Source: Malacoraja senta
Lineage: Eukaryota
Assembly: GCA_038087875.1 (NCBI GenBank)
Contig: CM075996.1
Span: forward strand, 6,822,001 to 6,886,000
Direction: 5' to 3'
Length of the DNA stretch: 64,000 nucleotides
The notes under the pieces were generated by a model. The model was not told the DNA's origin and ran no database searches. It saw only the letters and a program-made list of their open reading frames with translations. Made by a program: the position numbers and the translations under genes. Of this stretch, positions 26,501-38,500 are shown piece after piece (position 1 is the stretch's first letter; each line of letters opens with the position of its first letter).

Positions 26501-29500
26501 TTGGGGTGGAGAGGGGTGATAGCGGTATAAAGGGGAGGGTAGTGTCTTGTGTTCTGTGTCTTGTGTCTACTGTTTGTGGGTAAGGGTGTCTGTTTAGTGT
26601 TCAGCCATGAGCGAATGGCGGTGCGGGCTCGATGGGCCTGGTGGTCTACTCTCGCACCTACTTTCTATGTTTCTATGTTTCTATGTTTCTATCTTCAGAC
26701 TGATTGTGGTGGGGCGGGGGGGGGGAAGAAAGCTGGAGGAGAGGTGGGGGGGGCAGGACAAAGCCTGGTGCATGATGGGTGGATGCAGGTGAGGTGGGGG
26801 GGGAAGGGGGTGGTGGGGGGGTCGATAGGCAGGTGATTGGACAAAGGCCAGAGATGGAAAGTCAGAAGTTGTGAGATAGGTAGAGAAGAGGCACAAATTG
26901 TGAAGCCAGAGGAAGGAATGTCAGTGGAATGGAAGGGGGTTGGGAGAAATAAGGAAATGGGTGCAGATCCAGGTGGGGCACAGGGAAGAGAAGGTGGACT
27001 AAAGGGGGGAGGGGAAGGAGGTATTGTTTTGGGTTTGTTACCTAAAATTAGAGAATTCAACTCTCATACCGAAGATAGACACAATATGCTGGATTTACTC
27101 AGCGGGACAGGCGGCATCTCTGGAGAGAAGGCCAAGACCCTTCAGAAAGGTCTCGACACTTTGAGGTCGAGACCCTTCTTCATACTGAGAGACGGGGAGA
27201 GGGAAATGAGACATGTGAAAAGGAACACAGAACAAATGGATGAAAGGTAGGCAAAAGGACAAATCAAAGCCAGCAAGGATGGTCAAGGAAAGTTGGAGCC
27301 CACAATGGTCCACTGTTGGCTGTGGGGAAGGTGATAACGAGCGGATACAGACAGTGGAACTCTGCAGGACGACAGTGAAACTAGCAGGACGACTAGGGTG
27401 GGGCGTGACGGAGAGAGAGGGAACGCAAGGATTACTTGAAGTTAGAGAGATCAAGAATCAGACGGCTGGGTTGTAAGCTGCACAAGCGGAATATGAGGAG
27501 CTGTTCCTCCAGTTTGTGTGTGGCCTCACTCTGACAGTGGAGGAGGCCCAGGACAGAAAGGTCAGTGTGGGAATGGGAAGGGGGGTTAAAATGGTTGGCA
27601 ACCGGGAGAACCAGTAGACCCAGTGCCTTGCCCTGAGCGCAAGTGTTTGGCAAAACGGTCGCCCGGTCTACGCTTGGTCTCGCCGTCGTGAAGGAGGCCA
27701 GTCAGGGATGAAACTACCGCAGTCATTTCCCATTTTATAATTAATCACCGACATTTGTTTCAGATTCCAAAGAAAGTGTCGAGAGGAAAATCAAAGTGAT
27801 TGTATCGCGAGAAGATGATGGTACGTAGATGTGTGTGTGTGTGTGTGGAGAGTTTTAGTTTGGAGATACAATGTGGAAGAAGCTACCATAGCACATTCTT
27901 TTGTTTTTTGTACAAAAATCCAAAAATTCTGGTTTGAAATATTTGATATTTTTTCAAAATTAATCAAAATAAAACTGGTACCAAAACCAGAATGGATTAT
28001 TTTTGGAATATCGGAAGGTATTCCTGAATTAAACGTGTATCAGAAGAATTTACTCAATTATGGGCTAATAATGGGAAAAAAGCTTATACTTAAATTCTGG
28101 AAAAATGCGCCCACACCAACAATAAAAATGTGGACATCAAATATGTTGGAAACATTACATCTGGAAGAGATGAGATTCCTCCTAGTAGGCAAAGTAGATC
28201 AATTTCAAAAGACGTGGTCTACGTTTTTGGACCTATTACAAGCATGAGGTGCAATAGTAATTTAGAAAAATAAATAAATAAATAAAAGGTATCTGGACCT
28301 GGTAATGGGAGGTAAAATAAAAACAGACTTGGTTGGTAGTTCCTTCTCTATGAAGTATGGTATAAGAGTTATAATAGAGCGATTGTTCCTTCTTTCTTTC
28401 TCTTTTTTTTTCTAGGGTCTATTTTCTAACTTTACTTCCTTCTCTAACCTCTTTTCTAAGGGGCTTTCTTTTCCCAACACTCTTTTGCACTTCACAACCT
28501 TTGCGCACTTTCTTCACTTTTCTTACTTCTTTCTTTTTCTTTCTTAAAGTTTAAAAAAGTGAAGCGGTACAAAAAATGTATTAATATATACGTGTTGTAC
28601 ATTACTGTAATCTACCGTACTTCTAAAAAATAAAAAATAAAAAAAAATAAAAAAAAAAAATAAAAAAAAAAAAACAATGTGGAAACAGGCCCTACGGCAC
28701 ACCGAGTCCACACTAGGCTCTCGCCTCCACCCATTGGGACCAGTCTCAGTGTCAGGAGAAAGACTTGAACTGACCCCTGGGTCAATGGGCCTCAAACTGG
28801 AGTCTCCTGGTGTGGGATTAGACCCTAATTCCACCCTGGGCAGAGGCTTGGGGGATAGGGGCACAAGTGCCTGATGGGTGCCCAGACCGAAGGGCATCAC
28901 TCTGTGTGTGTGTGTGTGTGAACAAATAACTAAATGAACCAGGGATTCACTCTGATCTGAAACAATGGATCTTCCACACTCATAGAGTTCTACTGTGTGC
29001 AACAGGCCCTTCGGCCCAACTTAACCATTCCGTCCAAGATGCCCCATCTACACTGGTCCCATTTGGCCGCATTTAGTCCATATCTATGTCTTCTCCTTCT
29101 TGTGTATGGCGTGCACAGCCTAAAGTTGTGGACACCAAAACACTACATTGTGCACGTCGGGTTGATTGCATTAGTTGAAACAGGGTGGACCACGTGAAAG
29201 TTGCAATCTCCCACCCCTATATCCCTCTGAAGCTTTCCTATCCATGTACCTGCCCAAGTGTCTTTTACATTTTGTTATAGTTTAGTTCCGTTTATTTTCT
29301 GTTTCGAGATACAGTGCGGAAACAGGCCTTTAGGCTCACTGAGTCCGCGCCGACCAGCGATTCCGACACGAACATTATCCTACACACACTAGGGACAATT
29401 TACATGTTATGCCAAGCCAATTAACCTACAATCCTGTACGTCTTTGGAGTGTGGGAGGAAACCGAAGATCTGGGAGAAAATCCACGCAGGTCACGGGGGG

Positions 29501-32500
29501 AACGTACAAACTCCGTGCAGACAGCGCCCGTAGTTGGGATCAAAACCATGTCTCTGGCGCAGAAAGCGCTGTAAGGCAGTAACTCTACCGATGTGCCATC
29601 ATGCCGCCCTTAACTACCTCCTCTGGCAGCTTGTTCCATATATCTAATCAGTGTCTGATTTTCATTTCAGATTCCAGAGAAAGTGTGGAGAGGAAAATCG
29701 AGATGATTGTATCGAGAGAAGATGATGGTACGTAGATGTGTGTGTGTGTGGAGATGTCACCTGCACATGTCCTGGGTGGTCATGGTTACTGGGGGAGAGG
29801 GATCTTGGGAAAAAGGTTCGGAAAACCAACCGTGAGACCAGGAAACTGAAACCCTTTTCCTTCTGTTTCAGACTCTGCCGAGAGCGAGAGTGGGCCGGAT
29901 ACTAAAGGTAGTTCTCTTGATCTGCTCGTCACCGGGATAGAGTGAACTGTCATTAAAATGGGAGGGAGAGTTTCAGAGCTACTCTGGTAGCAAGGGCACA
30001 GGGAACGTCTTGGGATCGGTGAAGTGAAATCCTTTCCTTTCCCTTCCAGATTCTGCGGAGAAAGAGAGTCGCTCTGCATCTCGAGGTACGGATATTTATA
30101 TTTCAATGTCTCCCTGTAACATTCACTGGGGAACAATCCATCCACCCATGGGTGAGGTTTAGAGGGATAGGGGCCAAACGCGGGCAGGTGGGACTAGTGA
30201 TTGTGAACAAAGACCCATGTGAGACACAACTCACCAGAGGACGTAGGGTTAAGGTGAGGGGGGATATGTTTCATAGGAACCTGACTTCTTCACACCAAGG
30301 GGGGTGGGCGCATGGAACGAGCTGCCGGAGGAGATAGTTGAGGCAGGTACCATCGCAATGTTTAAGAAACATTTAGATCGGTACATGGATAGGACAGGTT
30401 TGGTGGTATTTGGGACAAATGTAGGCAGGTGTGCCTGGTGTAGATGGGACATGTTGGTCGGTGTGAGCAAGTTGGGCCGAGGGACCTGTTTCCGCGCCGT
30501 ATGACGCTATGACACGAGGAACTGCATATGCTGGTTTACCAAAAAAAAAGACACAAAGCACTGGAGTAACACAATGGGTCAGGCAGCATCTCTGGGGAAC
30601 ACAGATAGGTGACGTTTCAAGTTGGGTCTCATCTTCAGACTGATTGTGGTGGGGCGGGGGGGGAAGGAAAGCTGGAGGAGAGGTGGGGGGGGGCAGGACA
30701 AAGCCTGGTGCGTGATGGGTAGATGCAGGTGAGGTGGGGAGGGAGGGGGTGGTGGGGGGGGTCGATAGGCAGGTGATTGGACAAAGGCCAGAGATAGAAA
30801 GTCAGAAGTTGTGAGATAGGTAGAGAAGAGGCACAAATTGTGAAGCCAGAGGAAGGAATGTCAGTGGAATGGAAGGGGGTTGGGAGAAATAAGGAAATGG
30901 GTGCAGATCCAGGTGGGGCACAGGGAAGAGAAGGTGGACTAAAGGGGGGAGGGGAAGGAGGTATTGTTTTGGGTTTGTTACCTAAAATTAGAGAATTCAA
31001 CTCTCATACCGAAGATAGACACAAAATGCTGGATTAACTCAGCGGGACAGGCGGCATCTCTGGAGAGAAGGCCAAGACCCTTCAGAAGGGTCTCGACCCT
31101 TTCAGGTCGAGACCCTTCTTCATACTGAGAGTCGGGGAGAGGGAAATGAGACATGTGAAAAGGAACACAGAACAAATGGATGAAAGGTAGGCAAAAGGAC
31201 AAATCAAAGCCAGCAAGGATGGTCAAGGAAAGTTGGAGCCCACAATGGTCCACTGTTGGCTGTGGGGAAGGTGATAACGAGCGGATACAGACAGTGGAAC
31301 TCTGCAGGACGACAGTGAAACTAGCAGGACGACTAGGGTGGGGGAGTGACTGAGAGAGAGGGAACGCAAGGATTACTTGAAGTTAGAGAGATCAAGAATC
31401 AGACGGCTGGGTTGTAAGCTGCACAAGCGGAATATGAGGTGCTGTTCCTCCAGTTTGTGTGTGGCCTCACTCTGACAGTGGAGGTGGCCCAGGACGGAAA
31501 GGTCAGTGTGGGAATGGGAAGGGGGGTTAAAATGGTTGGCAACCGGGAGAACCAGTAGACCCAGTGCCTTGCCCTGAGCGCAAGTGTTTGGCAAAACGGT
31601 CGCCCGGTCTACGCTTGGTCTCGCCGTCGTGAAGGAGGCCAGTCAGGGATGAAACTACCGCAGTCATTTCCCATTTTGTAATTAATCACCGACGTTTGTT
31701 TCAGATTCCAAAGAAAGTGTCGAGAGGAAAATCAAAGTGATTGTATCGCGAGAAGATGATGGTACGTAGATGTGTGTGTGTGTGTGTGGAGAGTTTTAGT
31801 TTGGAGATACAATGTGGAAACAAGTCTGATGGCTTGTCCACACTAGGCTCTCGCCTCCACCCATTGGGACCAGTCTCAGTGTCTGGAGAAAGACTTGAAC
31901 TGACCCCTGGGTCAATGGGGCTCAAACTGGAGTCTCCTGGTGTGGGATTAGACCCTAATCTCACCCTGGGTAGAGGCTTGGGGGATAGGGGCACAAGTGC
32001 CTGATGGGTGCCCAGACCGAAGGGCATCACTCTGTGTGTGTGTGTGTGTGAACAAATAACTAAATGAACCAGGGATTCACTCTGATCTGAAACAATGGAT
32101 CTTCCACACTCATAGAGTTCTACTGTGCGGAACAGGCCCTTCGGCCCAACTTACCCATTCCGTCCAAGATGCCCCATCTACACTGGTCCCATTTGCCCGC
32201 ATTTAGTCCATATCTATGTCTTCTCCTTCTTGCGTATGGCGTGCACAGCCTAAAGTTGTGGACACCAAAACACTACATCCGTTTGTGCACGTCGGGTTGG
32301 TTGCATTAGTTGAAACAGGGTGGACCACGTGAAGGTTGCAATCTCCCACCCCTATATCCCTCTGAAGCTTTCCTATCCATGTACCTGCCCAAGTGTCTTT
32401 TACATTTTGTTATAGTTTAGTTCAGTTTATTTTCTGTTTCGAGATACAGTGCGGAAACAGGCCTTTAGGCTCACTGAGTCCGCGCCGACCAGCGATCCCC

Positions 32501-35500
32501 AGACACGAACATTATCCTACACACACGAGGGACAATTTACATGTTCTGCCAAGCCAATTAACCTACAATCCTGTACGTCTTTGGAGTGTGGGAGGAAACC
32601 GAAGATCTGGGAGAAAATCCACGCAGGTCACGGGGGGAACGTACAAACTCCGTGCAGACAGCGCCCGTAGTTGGGATCAAAACCATGTCTCTGGCGCAGA
32701 AAGCGCTGTAAGGCAGTAACTCTACCGCTGTGCCATCATGCCGCCCTTAACTACCTCCTCTGGCAGCTCGTTCCATATATCTAATCAGTGTCTGATTTTC
32801 ATTTCAGATTCCAGAGAAAGTGTGGAGAGGAAAATCGAGATGATTGTATCGAGAGAAGATGATGGTACGTAGATGTGTGTGTGTGTGGAGATGTCACCTG
32901 CACATGTCCTGGGTGGTCATGGTTACTGGGGGAGAGGGATCTTGGGAAAAAGGTTCGGAAAACCAACCGTGAGACCAGGAAACTGAAACCCTTTTCCTTC
33001 TGTTTCAGACTCTGCCGAGAGCGAGAGTGGGCCGGATACTAAAGGTAGTTCTCTTGATCTGCTCGTCACCGGGATAGAGTGAACTGTCATTAAAATGGGA
33101 GGGAGAGTTTCAGAGCTACTCTGGTAGCAAGGGCACAGGGAACGTCTTGGGATCGGTGAAGTGAAATCCTTTCCTTTCCCTTCCAGATTCTGCGGAGAAA
33201 GAGAGTCGCTCTGCATCTCGAGGTACGGATATTTATATTTCAATGTCTCCCTGTAACATTCACTGGGGAACAATCCATCCACCCATGGGTGAGGTTTAGA
33301 GGGATAGGGGCCAAACGCGGGCAGGTGGGACTAGTGATTGTGAACAAAGACCCATGTGAGGCACAACTCACCAGAGGACGTAGGTTTAAGGTGAGGGGGG
33401 ATATGTTTCATAGGAACCTGACTTCTTCACACCAAGGGCGGTGGGCGCATGGAACGAGCTGCTGGAGGAGGTCGTTGAGGCAGGTACCATCGCAATGTTT
33501 AAGAAACATTTAGATCGGTACATGGATAGGACAGGTTTGTTGGTATTTGGGACAAATGTAGGCAGGTGTGCCTGGTGTAGATGGGACATGTTGGTCGGTG
33601 TGAGCAAGTTGGGCCGAGGGACCTGTTTCCGCGCTGTATGACGCTATGACACGAGGAACTGCATATGCTGGTTTACCAAAAAAAAAGACACAAAGCACTG
33701 GAGTAACACGATGGGTCAGGCAGCATCTCTGGGGAACACGGATAGGTGACGTTTCAAGTTGGGTCTCATCTTCAGACTGATTGTGGTGGGGGCGGGGGGG
33801 GAAGAAAGAAAGCTGGAGGAGAGGTGGGGGGGGGGCAGGACAAAGCCTGGTGCGTGATGGGTGGATGCAGGTGAGGTGGGGAGGGAGGGGTGGTGGGGGG
33901 GTCGATAGGCAGGTGATTGGACAAAGACCAGAGATGGAAAGTCAGAAGTTGTGAGATAGGTAGAGAAGAGGCACAAATTGTGAAGCCAGAGGAAGGAATG
34001 TCAGTGGAATGGAAGGGGGTTGGGAGAAATAAGGAAATGGGTGCAGATCTAGGTGGGGCACAGGGAAGAGAAGGTGACTAAAGGGGGGAGGGGGAAGGAG
34101 GTATTGTTTTGGGTTTGTTACCTAAAATTAGAGAATTCAACTCTCATACCGAAGATAGACACAAAATGCTGGATTAACTCAGCGAGACAGGCGGCATCTC
34201 TGGAGAGAAGGCCAAGACCCTTCAGAAGGGTCTCGACACTTTCAGGTCGAGACCCTTCTTCATACTGAGAGTCGGGGAGAGGGAAATGAGACATGTGAAA
34301 AGGAACACAGAACAAATGGATGAAAGGTAGGCAAAAGGACAAATCAAAGCCAGCAAGGATGGTCAAGGAAAGTTGGAGCCCACAATGGTCCACTGTTGGC
34401 TGTGGGGAAGGTGATAACGAGCGGATACAGACAGTGAAACTCTGCAGGACGACAGTGAAACTAGCAGGACGACTAGGGTGGGGAGTGACGGAGAGAGAGG
34501 GAACGCAAGGATTACTTGAAGTTAGAGAGATCAAGAATCAGACGGCTGGGTTGTAAGCTGCACAAGCGGAATATGAGGTGCTGTTCCTCCAGTTTGTGTG
34601 TGGCCTCACTCTGACAGTGGAGGAGGCCCAGGACAGAAAGGTCAGTGTGGGAATGGGAAGGGGGGTTAAAATGGTTGGCAACCGGGAGAACCAGTAGACC
34701 CAGCGCCTTGCCCTGAGCGCAAGTGATTGGCAAAACGGTCGCCCGGTCTACGCTTGGTCTCGCCGTCGTGAAGGAGGCCAGTCAGGGATGAAACTACCGC
34801 AGTCATTTCCCATTTTATAATTAATCACCGACATTTGTTTCAGATTCCAAAGAAAGTGTCGAGAGGAAAATCAAAGTGATTGTATCGCGAGAAGATGATG
34901 GTACGTAGATGTGTGTGTGTGTGGAGAGTTTTAGTTTGGAGATACAATGTGGAAACAGGCCCTACGGCACACCGAGTCCACACTAGGCTCTCGCCTCCAC
35001 CCATTGGGACCAGTCTCAGTGTCAGGAAAAAGACTTGAACTGACCCCTGGGTCAATGGGCCTCAAACTGGAGTCTCCTGGTGTGGGATTAGACCCTAATC
35101 CCACCCTGGATAGAGGCTTGGGGGATAGGGGAACAAGTGCCTGATGGGTGCCCAGGCCGAAGGGCATCACTGTGTGTGTGTGTGTGTGTGAACAAATAAC
35201 TAAATGAACCAGGGATTCACTCTGATCTGAAACTATGGATCTTCCACACTCATAGAGTTCTACTGTGCGGAACAGGCCCTTCGGCCCAACTTACCCATTC
35301 TGTCCAAGATGCCCCATTTACACTGGTCCCATTTGCCCGCATTTAGTCCATATCTATGTCTTCTCCTTCTTGCGTATGGCGTGCACAGCCTAAAGTTGTG
35401 GACACCAAAACACTACATCTGTTTGTGCACGTCGGGTTGATAGCATTACTTGAAACAGGGTGGACCACGTGAAGGTTGCAATCTCCCACCCCTGTATCCC

Positions 35501-38500
35501 TCTGAAGCTTTCCTATCCATGTACCTGCCCAAGTGTCTTTTACATTTTGTTATAGTTTAGTTCAGTTTATTTTCTGTTTCGAGATACAGTGCGGAAACAG
35601 GCCTTTAGGCTCACTGAGTCCGCGCCGACCAGCGATCCCCAGACACTAACATTATCCTACACACAGTAGGGACAATTTACATGTTATGCCAAGCCAATTA
35701 ACCTACAATCCTGTACGTCTTTGGAGTGTGGGAGGAAACCGAAAATCTGGGAGAAAATCCACGCAGGTCACGGGGGGAACGTACAAACTCCGTGCAGACA
35801 GCGCCCGTAGTTGGGATCAAAACCATGTCTCTGGCGCAGAAAGCGCTGTAAGGCAGTAACTCTACCGCTGTGCCATCATGCCGCCCTTAACTACCTCCTC
35901 TGGCAGCTTGTTCCATATATCTAATCAGTGTCTGATTTTCATTTCAGATTCCAGAGAAAGTGTGGAGAGGAAAATCGAGATGATTGTATCGAGAGAAGAT
36001 GATGGTACGTAGATGTGTGTGTGTGTGTGTGGAGATGTCACCTCCACATGTCCTGGGTGGTCATGGTTACTGGGGGAGAGGGATCTTGGGGGAAAAAGTT
36101 TCGGAAAACAAACCGTGAGACCAGGAAACTGAAACCCTCTTCCTTCTGTTTCAGACTCTGCCGAGAGCGAGAGTGGGCCGGATACTAAAGGTAGTTCTCT
36201 TGATCTGCTCGTCACCGGGATAGAGTGAACTGTCATTAAAATGGGAGGGAGAGTTTCAGAGCTACACTGGCAGCTGGGCACAGGGAACGTCTTGGGATCG
36301 GTGAAGTGAAATCCTTTCCTTTCCCTTCCAGATTCTGCGGAGAAAGAGAGTCGCTCTGCTTCTCGAGGTACGGATATTTATATTTCAATGTCTCCCTGTA
36401 ACATTCACTGGTGAACATTCCATCCACCCATGGGTGAGGTTTAGAGGGATAGGGGCCAAACGCGGGCAGGTGGGACTAGTGATTGTGAACAAAGAATTAT
36501 GTGAGGCACAACTCACCAGAGGACGTAGGTTTAAGGTGAGGGGGGATATGTTTCATAGGAACCTGACTTCTTCACACCAAGGGGGGTGGGCGCATGGAAT
36601 GAGCTGCCGGAGGAGGTCGTTGAGGCAGGTACCATCGCAATGTTTAAGAAACATTTAGATCGGTACATGGATAGGACAGGTTTGGTGGTATTTGGGACAA
36701 ATGTAGGCAGGTGTGCCTGGTGTAGATGGGACATGTTGGTCGGTGTGACAAAGTTGGGCCGAGGGACCTGTTTCCGCGCTGTATGACGCTATGACACGAG
36801 GAACTGCATATGCTGGTTTACCAAAAAAAAAGACACAAAGCACTGGAGTAACACAATGGGTCAGGCAGCATCTCTGGGGAACACGGATAGGTGACGTTTC
36901 AAGTTGGGTCTCATCTTCAGACTGATTGTGGTGGGGCGGGGGGGGGAAAGGAAAGCTGGAGGAGAGGTGGGGGGGGGCAGGACAAAGCCTGGTGCGTGAT
37001 GGGTGGATGCAGGTGAGGTGGGGAGGGAGGGGGTTGTGGGGGGGTCGATAGGCAGGTGATTGGACAAAGGCCAGAGATGGAAAGTCAGAAGTTGTGAGAT
37101 AGGTAGAGAAGAGGCACAAATTGTGAAGCCAGAGGAAGGAATGTCAGTGGAATGGAAGGGGGTCGGGAGAAATAAGGAAATGGGTGCAGATCCAGGTGGG
37201 GCACAGGGAAGAGAAGGTGGACGAAAGGCGGGAGGGGATGGAGGTATTGTTTTGGGTTTGTTACCTAAAATTAGAGAATTCAAATCTCATACCGAAGATA
37301 GACACAAAATGCTGGATTTACTCAGCGGGACAGGCGGCATCTCTGGAGAGAAGGCCAAGACCCTTCAGAAGGGTCTCGACCCTTTCAGGTCGAGACCCTT
37401 CTTCATACTGAGAGATGGGGAGAGGGAAATGAGACATGTGTAAAGGAACACAGAACAAATGGATGAAAGGTAGGCAAAAGGACAAATCAAAGCCAGCAAG
37501 GATGGTCAAGGAAAGTTGGAGCCCACAATGGTCCACTGTTGGCTGTGGGGAAGGTGATAACGAGCGGATACAGACAGTGGAACTCTGCAGGACGACAGTG
37601 AAACTAGCAGGACGACTAGGGTGGGGGAGTGACGGAGAGAGAGGGAATGCAAGGATTACTTGAAGTTAGAGAGATCAAGAATCAGACGGCTGGGTTGTAA
37701 GCTGCACAAGCGGAATATGAGGTGCTGTTCCTCCAGTTTGTGTGTGGCCTCACTCTGACAGTGGAGGTGGCCCAGGACGGAAAGGTCAGTGTGGGAATGG
37801 GAAGGGGGGTTAAAATGGTTGGCAACCGGGAGAACCAGTAGACCCAGTGCCTTGCCCTGAGCGCAAGTGTTTGGCAAAACGGTCGCCCGGTCTACGCTTG
37901 GTCTCGCCGTCGTGAAGGAGGCCAGTCAGGGATGAAACTACCGCAGTCATTTCCCATTTTGTAATTAATCACCGACGTTTGTTTCAGATTCCAAAGAAAG
38001 TGTCGAGAGGAAAATCAAAGTGATTGTATCGCGAGAAGATGATGGTACGTAGATGTGTGTGTGTGTGTGTGGAGAGTTTTAGTTTGGAGATACAATGTGG
38101 AAACAAGTCTGATGGCTTGTCCACACTAGGCTCTCGCCTCCACCCATTGGGACCAGTCTCAGTGTCTGGAGAAAGACTTGAACTGACCCCTGGGTCAATG
38201 GGGCTCAAACTGGAGTCTCCTGGTGTGGGATTAGACCCTAATCTCACCCTGGGTAGAGGCTTGGGGGATAGGGGCACAAGTGCCTGATGGGTGCCCAGAC
38301 CGAAGGGCATCACTCTGTGTGTGTGTGTGTGTGAACAAATAACTAAATGAACCAGGGATTCACTCTGATCTGAAACAATGGATCTTCCACACTCATAGAG
38401 TTCTACTGTGCGGAACAGGCCCTTCGGCCCAACTTACCCATTCCGTCCAAGATGCCCCATCTACACTGGTCCCATTTGCCCGCATTTAGTCCATATCTAT

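Noticed and set aside
28707..28874. Gly/Pro-rich open segment [14 protein letters not shown]... in each 3.14 kb unit as an extra exon
   Set aside because: No convincing acceptor or donor, and it does not fit the D-S-x-E pattern; origin unresolved
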